From assembly GCA_963730935.1 (NCBI GenBank), contig CAVSTP010000001.1, forward strand, positions 96,001 to 160,000: DNA of 64,000 nt, written 5' to 3'. The notes below the pieces were generated by a model. It made no database searches, was not told the DNA's origin, and saw only the letters and a list, made by a program, of their open reading frames with translations. This document shows, piece after piece, positions 57,512-64,000 of this stretch. The position numbers and the translations under genes were made by a program. Each line of letters starts with the position of its first letter. The stretch's first letter is position 1. The DNA is from an uncultured Nitrospiraceae bacterium. GTDB lineage: Bacteria > Nitrospirota > Nitrospiria > Nitrospirales > Nitrospiraceae.

Positions 57512-60502
57512 ATGTCATCTGCGGATATTCGAGAGCGATTGACCAACCGCTTGGCTGATGAGCTTGGCTCATCTGGGGCTGCCATGTGGGTCGGGCGGTT
57601 GGAGACCCTGGCGGTCCAGCCGGGACAGGTCCTGGAATTGTTGGACGAACTCGAAGCGGTGTCCGCAAAGGCTGCGCGTGCGGCGATCAGCGCACTACCT
57701 GAGCTCGACCGGCGCGCAGGATGCTTACAGGTCGTCTCCTGGTTGGATCTGGGGGTGGCGCTTGCAGAAGCCTCGGGAGCAACCGCGCTCAAATATTTCA
57801 AGGACAGCCCGCTCATTCTGGGAGTGATTGACGACAGCAACCACCAGCGTTCGGTGTTAGCGGTCGGGCTCGAACTCGCCGAATGTGACACCAACGTCAG
57901 TTGGGAATATCTCAAAACGTCCCCTCACATCGTGACGGCCGTTCCTGCCGACCAGTTGCCGCGTTGGCTGGAGATTGGCGTCGAACTCACGCAGACGGAT
58001 CTCGTCGTAGGACTCGAGTACATCCGGCAGATTCCCATATTAGCTCCCGTGCTGCCATGGGAGGGAGTGCGGGACTGGCTGGCCTTCGGGATGAAACTCA
58101 TCGCCCCGAACGCGTTTGGCAAGCCGGACTATCTCGGCACGATGGAATACCTGCGGACGAGCCCGGCGATCCTAGGCGATATCGAGGCGCCGCTTCGTTC
58201 CCACGTGATCTCAGTGGGCAGCCAGCTCGCATCTCACACCCCTGCAACCGGCATCGCCTGGCTCGCGGAATCTCCGACACTGCTTCGTGCGCTGCCATCG
58301 TCACCGTGGAGGGTCAGGCTGCTTCAGTACGGAGGCCTTCTGGCTGAACAGGATCCGGAGACCGCCCTGGCGTATCTCCGGCGCGGTTCGGAACTCGTGA
58401 GTCTCTTGGGCGAGGAGTCTTCGGCCTTCGGCAGGTTTGAGAACTGGTTCAAGGCAGGGATGGAGGTGCTGTCCTATAGTCCGGAGGGCGCACGCGCCTA
58501 TTTCTCGGCTGAGTCGCGGAAGGCGCTTTCATCGGTCGAAGAGGCATTGAGCGGCGTGCCCCTGAAACAAGTCGCCCGCCGAGTCAAACTCTTCGTGCAA
58601 GGCCTGTGCGGCTCGGAGGTTGCCATTGCAGCGCGGACGGATACCGCGGGGGATCCGATCGCGCGCGCCGTGGTCAGCGCGGATGGAAAGACCATCGCCT
58701 TGCCGGCGTTGCTGCGACATTATCCGACGGCGCAAGAAAACGAGCGGCTGTATCTCATCATGGCCGCCCATGAGGCCGGACATCTCGAGTTTGGCACCTA
58801 TCGGCTTCGGATCGAGCAGCTGGTTGATTTGGTTCCAACCGTCTGCCGTCGTTACGATCGATCCATGGCCGTGACGCTCGAGACGCTCGGCGACCTGTTC
58901 CGTTTGTATCCGCAGCCACGTCTCGTGAAGGATCTTTGGGCGGTCCTCGAGGACGCGCGCGTCGAGTACTTGCTTCAGACGCAATATCCTGGGCTTCGAG
59001 GTGACCTCGCGCAGTTCGCTGCTGATACGATCGCCGCTCGGGATCCCGCGCATGGGTTGACCGCACGAGAGCTTGTGGTGGATTGTCTCTTGCGGCTTTC
59101 CACCGGAACATCGTTGTCCTCGGCGGTTCCTCATGCTCTCATCGAGGAGGTCTCCATACTCTGGAAGTTGTGCCAGCCGGTCTTGGCCGCTGCCGCAACG
59201 GCGGAGGATGCCGTACGCACCGCGGACGAGGTGTATAGACGGCTCGAAGAACTCGTTGCCACAGCGGCGAAGACGCCGGCGGAGCCATCAACTGATGCAT
59301 CGGACATCGGCATGACGCCAGGCGCTTCCGAGGAGGGAGCCGGTGCGTATCGTCCGGTGGAGAATTTGATCTATCGGGGAGAGATGAACGCCGACCTCGT
59401 GGCAGGACAGACGGAACAGCAGGAGCATGCGCGGATGGCCGGACAGGCCGCCGGTTCTGCTGAACAGACCGGCGCCGGAACAGGAGCCCGGCGTGAACAA
59501 CCTTCTCGAGACGGGGATGCCCTAGGCGGAGGCCGCTCACTGCCGTCTGTCGTTGAGGAACTGCTTGAGCTCGAAGTCGATGCGTCGCCGCTGGAGGCCG
59601 ATGGTGTAGACGAACGAGTCCGTCGCTATCCCGAGTGGGACTACAGACTTCAGGACCACCGCGTGAATTGGTGCCGCGTCGTCGAACGTGCCGCAAACCG
59701 CGGCTCGGATGATTGTGTCTCCGGCACGTTGACGGCTCATCGGAGCACGGTGCGCTTGCTGCGCCGGTTCTTCGAGGGATTGCGGCCGCCGGCCTTCCGC
59801 CGCCTGGCCGGTCAGCCCGACGGAGAGGAACTGGATATCGATGCCGTGGTTCGCAGGGCGGCCGAGCAACGGGCCGGGTTCGAAGGCAGCGACCGAATCT
59901 ATGTCAGACATGAAAAAAAAGAGCGCGACGTGGCGGTGGTGTTCCTTGTCGACATCAGCGGATCGACCGGACGTCAGCTCGACGGCGGTCGGCGGGTGAT
60001 CGACGTGGAGAAGGAGAGCCTGGTTCTGCTCTGCGAAGCGCTCGATGCCGTGGGCGACCGGTATGCGCTGTACGCCTATTCCGGTCAGGGGCGGGGAGCT
60101 GTCGAGATCCAAACGATCAAGGGCTTCGATGAACGGCTGGGCACGACGACCGCCCAACGCCTGGGTGGACTGTCCCCGCGCCAACAAAACCGGGACGGGG
60201 CCGCGATTCGTCATGCCGTCGCCACGCTGAGGCAACAGGATGCGAAAACGCGCCTCCTCGTTCTGCTGAGTGACGGCCGGCCGCTGGATGGCGAGTACAA
60301 GGATGAGTACGCACTGGAAGACACAAAAGCCGCGTTGCGGGAAGCCAGACGGGAGGGTATCCATCCCTTTTGTGTCACGATCGACCGGAACGCGGACGAG
60401 TATGTGCGTCGGATGTACGGCGATGTCAAATACACCGTGATCGACCGGGTTGAATCACTTCCTCTCAGGCTACCGAGGATTTACCAGCGGCTGGTGACCT
60501 AG
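57512..60502 (+). CDS. CbbO/NorD family VWA-domain protein with N-terminal helical repeats
   Basis: HEAGH, EDARVE, YPEWDY, DGEELDID, MIDAS DISGS, NRDGAAIRHA, LSDGRP, LPRIY.RL. Confidence 0.92.
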   Translation: MSSADIRERLTNRLADELGSSGAAMWVGRLETLAVQPGQVLELLDELEAVSAKAARAAISALPELDRRAGCLQVVSWLDLGVALAEASGATALKYFKDSPLILGVIDDSNHQRSVLAVGLELAECDTNVSWEYLKTSPHIVTAVPADQLPRWLEIGVELTQTDLVVGLEYIRQIPILAPVLPWEGVRDWLAFGMKLIAPNAFGKPDYLGTMEYLRTSPAILGDIEAPLRSHVISVGSQLASHTPATGIAWLAESPTLLRALPSSPWRVRLLQYGGLLAEQDPETALAYLRRGSELVSLLGEESSAFGRFENWFKAGMEVLSYSPEGARAYFSAESRKALSSVEEALSGVPLKQVARRVKLFVQGLCGSEVAIAARTDTAGDPIARAVVSADGKTIALPALLRHYPTAQENERLYLIMAAHEAGHLEFGTYRLRIEQLVDLVPTVCRRYDRSMAVTLETLGDLFRLYPQPRLVKDLWAVLEDARVEYLLQTQYPGLRGDLAQFAADTIAARDPAHGLTARELVVDCLLRLSTGTSLSSAVPHALIEEVSILWKLCQPVLAAAATAEDAVRTADEVYRRLEELVATAAKTPAEPSTDASDIGMTPGASEEGAGAYRPVENLIYRGEMNADLVAGQTEQQEHARMAGQAAGSAEQTGAGTGARREQPSRDGDALGGGRSLPSVVEELLELEVDASPLEADGVDERVRRYPEWDYRLQDHRVNWCRVVERAANRGSDDCVSGTLTAHRSTVRLLRRFFEGLRPPAFRRLAGQPDGEELDIDAVVRRAAEQRAGFEGSDRIYVRHEKKERDVAVVFLVDISGSTGRQLDGGRRVIDVEKESLVLLCEALDAVGDRYALYAYSGQGRGAVEIQTIKGFDERLGTTTAQRLGGLSPRQQNRDGAAIRHAVATLRQQDAKTRLLVLLSDGRPLDGEYKDEYALEDTKAALREARREGIHPFCVTIDRNADEYVRRMYGDVKYTVIDRVESLPLRLPRIYQRLVT

Positions 60503-60559
60503 CGAACAGCAGCTAAGACCGGGTGAGGCGCTGGGCATGAAAGGGAATGTCTCGCACGC

Positions 60560-60964
60560 ATGACGGATCAACCGACGAGGCGGGCCGTCCCGCCGTGGCT
60601 ATACAAACTCTTCACGGGGCATCAGTATCCCTATGTGCGCCGGCTAGCCAAGTTTGCGCAGCCCCTTCACCCTGGTGAAGAGCGCCAGGAGCCGACCAAA
60701 GAGATGATCGAGGCCAAATTTTGGGAGGTCTTTCCCCATTGCTCGGCGAAAATCCTTCAGGAAGTCAAGGCGGGCATGATCGTGGTGTTTCATGATCTGG
60801 GCGAGTATCCTGCGGGAGGGTACCAGGAACTCATAGACAATCCCGAGGACTTTCTGGCAAAAACGTACGGGAAAAAGAAGATCAAGGTGAACTTTTACCA
60901 CGGCGAGAATTTTGTGTGCACGATCAACTTTAAAGTCGCCGGGTGGACGGAACACGAGCACTGA
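60560..60964 (+). CDS. Hypothetical protein
   Basis: Clean 134-aa ORF filling the gap between the cbbO-like gene and mdh. Confidence 0.75.
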   Translation: MTDQPTRRAVPPWLYKLFTGHQYPYVRRLAKFAQPLHPGEERQEPTKEMIEAKFWEVFPHCSAKILQEVKAGMIVVFHDLGEYPAGGYQELIDNPEDFLAKTYGKKKIKVNFYHGENFVCTINFKVAGWTEHEH

Positions 60965-61019
60965 CAGGTTCTGAGTGTCCAAGCACTCGTCACTTTGCGC
61001 TTGGCTGACCGGAGGGAGC

Positions 61020-61958
61020 ATGGGGCGACCGAAGATCACCGTGGTGGGAGCCGGAAATGTGGGTGGAACAACGGCGCAACGGCTGGCGGAACACGACGCC
61101 TATGACGTGGTGCTCGTGGACATCGTTGAAGGTGTGCCGCAGGGCAAGGCGCTTGATATCTCTCAGGCCGGTCCCGTGTGCGGCTACAGCACGAAGGTCG
61201 TCGGGACCAACAGCTACGTCGAAACCGCGGGATCTTCAATCGCGGTGATCACATCCGGCATCCCCCGAAAGCCCGGGATGAGCCGCGATGAGCTGCTCAC
61301 CACGAACGCCAAAATCGTGAAGTCGGTGGTCAGTGAGTTGGTCTCGCGTTCACCCGGCATCATCCTTATCCTGGTGACCAATCCATTGGACGCAATGGTC
61401 CACGTGGCCCGAACCGTCAGTGGACTGCCGAAAACGCGCATCATCGGCATGGCCGGCGTGCTGGATTCCGCGCGGATGCGCACCTTCATCGCCCAAGCGT
61501 TGGGCATCCCAGGCCGGGACGTCGAAGCGATGGTCTTGGGGGGACACGGCGATACGATGGTCCCGCTCCCTCGATACACGACGGTGAAGGGGCGGCAAGT
61601 CTCGGAGATGATGCCGAACGATCAACTCGAGGCGATCGTCCAACGCACCCGCGACGGGGGTGCGGAAATTGTCGGATTGCTGAAAACCGGCAGCGCGTTC
61701 TACGCGCCGTCCGCATCCGCGGTAGACATGGTCGAAGCGATTCTCAAAGATCAAAAACGGGTCATGCCTTGTGCGGTCCTGTGTGAAGGCGAATACGGTT
61801 TGCGCGATGTTGTGGTCGGTGTGCCCGTTCAACTTGGCAAGGGCGGCGCTGAACGGGTCATCGTGTATGATCTGACGCCCGCTGAACAGAAGGCACTAGA
61901 AGTCTCAGCGAACGCGGTGCGGGAGCTGTGCGAGACCGTCGACCGGTTGATGGCGTAG
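61020..61958 (+). CDS. mdh: Malate dehydrogenase (LDH-like, tetrameric type)
   Basis: [44 protein letters not shown]. Confidence 0.95.
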   Translation: MGRPKITVVGAGNVGGTTAQRLAEHDAYDVVLVDIVEGVPQGKALDISQAGPVCGYSTKVVGTNSYVETAGSSIAVITSGIPRKPGMSRDELLTTNAKIVKSVVSELVSRSPGIILILVTNPLDAMVHVARTVSGLPKTRIIGMAGVLDSARMRTFIAQALGIPGRDVEAMVLGGHGDTMVPLPRYTTVKGRQVSEMMPNDQLEAIVQRTRDGGAEIVGLLKTGSAFYAPSASAVDMVEAILKDQKRVMPCAVLCEGEYGLRDVVVGVPVQLGKGGAERVIVYDLTPAEQKALEVSANAVRELCETVDRLMA

Positions 61959-62043
61959 TGCCCGACGCTCTGCTCATTCAATCCAGTGAGGACATGAGCG
62001 GATGGCATGAAGCCCGTGCGACGTGGTGAGCCATGGTGCTCGC

Positions 62044-62072
62044 TTGACAATCAAGGGAGCCTACAGTACAGA
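62044..62072 (+). promoter_or_regulatory. Possible sigma70 promoter
   Basis: TTGACA-N17-TACAGA upstream of ATG 62108. Confidence 0.4.
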
Positions 62073-62107
62073 AAGCGGTTTAGCACTGCACTGAATGAGG
62101 AGATGCT

Positions 62108-62695
62108 ATGAAATTTCTTGAAGATCCGATGCAGACCATGGGCGCGGGATTCGCGTTGGCGCTCGTGCTGATTGTGGTGTACCTCGGCATTGCCGGCGTC
62201 GGAGCCGGGGAAGCGGACTGGGCGGGAATCATTATCCGCTGGATCCACTTTCTGGCCGGCATCACCTGGATCGGGCTGCTCTACTTCTTCAACCTGATCA
62301 ATGCGGCCTTCCTCAAAAGCCTGGATGGTCCGACAAAAAACGTCGTCATTCCAAAGTTAATGCCCTCCGCGCTGAACTGGTTCCGTCATGGAGCTACCGT
62401 GACGGTCTTGGCGGGCATTCTGCTTTACATCAAGTTGTACATGCATGGAGGGACAGGCGCTTACGCCTTGGCGATCGGCGGTCTGCTCGGCATCATCATG
62501 ATGGTCAACGTCCATGCGATTATTTGGCCCAATCAGAAGAAGATCATCGCGGCCGTGACGGCGGCCGCACAAGGAACCCCCGCACCGGCTGAAATGGCGC
62601 AATGGGGCCGTACCGCCTTGTTGGCCTCCCGGGTCAATTTCATGCTGTCGATCCCCATGCTGTTTTTCATGGGCGCGGGTAGCCACCTGAAATAA
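62108..62695 (+). CDS. PuuD/DUF989-like membrane protein (short form, no cytochrome c domain)
   Basis: RWIHFLAGITWIGLLYFFN, WFRHGA, NV..IIWPNQKK, SR.N..LSIPMLFFM...SH. Confidence 0.8.
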   Translation: MKFLEDPMQTMGAGFALALVLIVVYLGIAGVGAGEADWAGIIIRWIHFLAGITWIGLLYFFNLINAAFLKSLDGPTKNVVIPKLMPSALNWFRHGATVTVLAGILLYIKLYMHGGTGAYALAIGGLLGIIMMVNVHAIIWPNQKKIIAAVTAAAQGTPAPAEMAQWGRTALLASRVNFMLSIPMLFFMGAGSHLK

Positions 62696-62705
62696 CCTGC
62701 CTTTG

Positions 62706-62745
62706 CCGGCTGATAGACCCTTCCTGTCAGCCGGTTGTGTTCTTG
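62706..62745 (+). terminator. Probable terminator
   Basis: CCGGCTGATAG-N7-CTGTCAGCCGG followed by a T-rich tract. Confidence 0.55.
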
Positions 62746-62841
62746 TCTCTTAAACGACGACAGTCCGGCCAATATGCCCAGGATCACGTAGGGCTGTCGT
62801 GCTAAACCCTTGAGAATCAGGCCTATTCTCGGCGCTTTGCC

Positions 62842-62871
62842 TTGACGGAACGGGAGCAGGCCCCGTATAGT
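62842..62871 (+). promoter_or_regulatory. sigma70-type promoter of nuoF
   Basis: TTGACG-N18-TATAGT. Confidence 0.5.
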
Positions 62872-62907
62872 AGCCACTCACCTTTCTCTGGTTCTGGAGT
62901 GCACCAG

Positions 62908-64000
62908 ATGATGACGCTAGCGGAAGCCCGCCTCGTCGAAAAGATCGATGGGGCTCCTTGGGACATCGACGCCTACATCAAGGTCGGTGGCTATGAGGCC
63001 TGGAAAAAGTGCGTCAAGGAACTGACACCGGAGCAGGTGGTTCAGGAACTCAAAACGTCCGGACTGCGTGGTCGTGGGGGGGCAGGCTTTCCCACCGGTG
63101 TGAAGTGGGACAAGGTCCTCAATCATCGGGTCAAGGAGCGTTACTTTGTGTGCAACGCCGGCGAGCATGAGCCCGGTACGTTTAAGGACCGTCATCTATT
63201 GAAAACCATTCCGCATCAGCTCATTGAAGGATGTCTGATCGCGTCACGGACGGCACAGGCCAAGGCGTCCTTCATTTATGTGAATCACGAGTACGAGGAA
63301 GAGCGGGAAAATCTGAAAAAAGCGTTGGCGCAGGCCAAGGAGCGGGGCTTCGTTGGAAAGAATATTCTCGGCAGCGGGATCGATATCGATCTACAAGTAT
63401 TTGAAGGCCACGGGAGCTACGTGGCGGGTGAAGAAACCGCCATGCTGGAGTCGATGCAGGGGCGGCCCGCGATGCCGCGTCAAAAGCCCCCGTTCTATCC
63501 CACGGATTACGGGTTGTACGGGAAGCCGACGTTGGTCAACAACGTCGAAACCTTGTGCAACGTGCCGCGGATTCTTCACAAAGGCGCAGCATGGTTTACG
63601 CAGGTGGGCACCGAGAAATGTCCGGGGACGATGATGTTTTCTCTGAGCGGTGCCGTCAACCGCCCCGGTGTCTATGAGATGCCGATGGGTGTCACGATGC
63701 GGGAATTGATCGAACGGGGTGGTGGCGTGCCCGGGGGACGACACATCAAGGCCGTGTTTCCCGGCGGGCCCGCATTCTCGATGGTCACAGCCGACCAACT
63801 CGATCTGCCCATGGATTTCGATTCGCTGAAAAAGGCGGGAACTGGATTAGGCTCAGCCGGCGTGATTGTGGTGGACGATGCCACCTGCATGGTCCGCCAG
63901 ACGTTGAAATTTTCGAATTTCTTCAAAGGCGAAAGTTGCGGGCAGTGCCCGCCTTGCCGCATGGGCACGATCAATCTCGCGACTCTGATGACCAAGATTG
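62908..64000 (+). CDS. nuoF: NADH:quinone oxidoreductase subunit F-like flavoprotein (3' truncated by window; missing from the ORF track)
   Basis: SGLRGRGGAGFPTG.KW, CNAGEHEPGTFKDR, YVAGEETAMLES..G, PT.VNNVETL, ESCGQCPPCR.G. Confidence 0.92.
   Translation, partial: MMTLAEARLVEKIDGAPWDIDAYIKVGGYEAWKKCVKELTPEQVVQELKTSGLRGRGGAGFPTGVKWDKVLNHRVKERYFVCNAGEHEPGTFKDRHLLKTIPHQLIEGCLIASRTAQAKASFIYVNHEYEEERENLKKALAQAKERGFVGKNILGSGIDIDLQVFEGHGSYVAGEETAMLESMQGRPAMPRQKPPFYPTDYGLYGKPTLVNNVETLCNVPRILHKGAAWFTQVGTEKCPGTMMFSLSGAVNRPGVYEMPMGVTMRELIERGGGVPGGRHIKAVFPGGPAFSMVTADQLDLPMDFDSLKKAGTGLGSAGVIVVDDATCMVRQTLKFSNFFKGESCGQCPPCRMGTINLATLMTKI

Overview
GC-rich bacterial chromosomal window. Gene content and protein style suggest Nitrospira/Nitrospirota; this is an inference and was not checked by search. 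About 65 CDS are supported. I could recognise no rRNA, tRNA, CRISPR array or transposase. Main blocks: (1) xseA'-xseB-tlyA-galE-like, rhodanese, cutA, M23 peptidase, fhs, hflKC; (2) ArsS-like radical SAM, lipoprotein truncated hemoglobin, and a minus-strand accessory block (methyltransferase, MoaD-like protein, BNR propeller, VOC proteins, DUF1579, DoxX, three YciI/DGPF genes, ECF42-type sigma factor) containing three copies of a TGTCGATTTC-N12-CGAC promoter motif; (3) several two-component systems, tandem DUF2238 genes, FKBP, sodium:solute symporter, PBP1b, bactofilin; (4) bolA-grxD; (5) a minus-strand run of ATP-grasp-like ligase, glutaredoxin, KamA, dCTP deaminase, TIGR04283/04282-type transferases and SDR, near a divergent YkgJ-DUF2156 fusion, which is the best candidate for an undescribed pathway; (6) an orphan CbbQ/CbbO-type AAA+/VWA pair split by a cassette flanked by MITE-like repeats, then mdh, a PuuD-like gene and a stand-alone nuoF (partial). 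Two pseudogenes and a modular intergenic repeat family were found. Family names come from motif recognition, not database hits.
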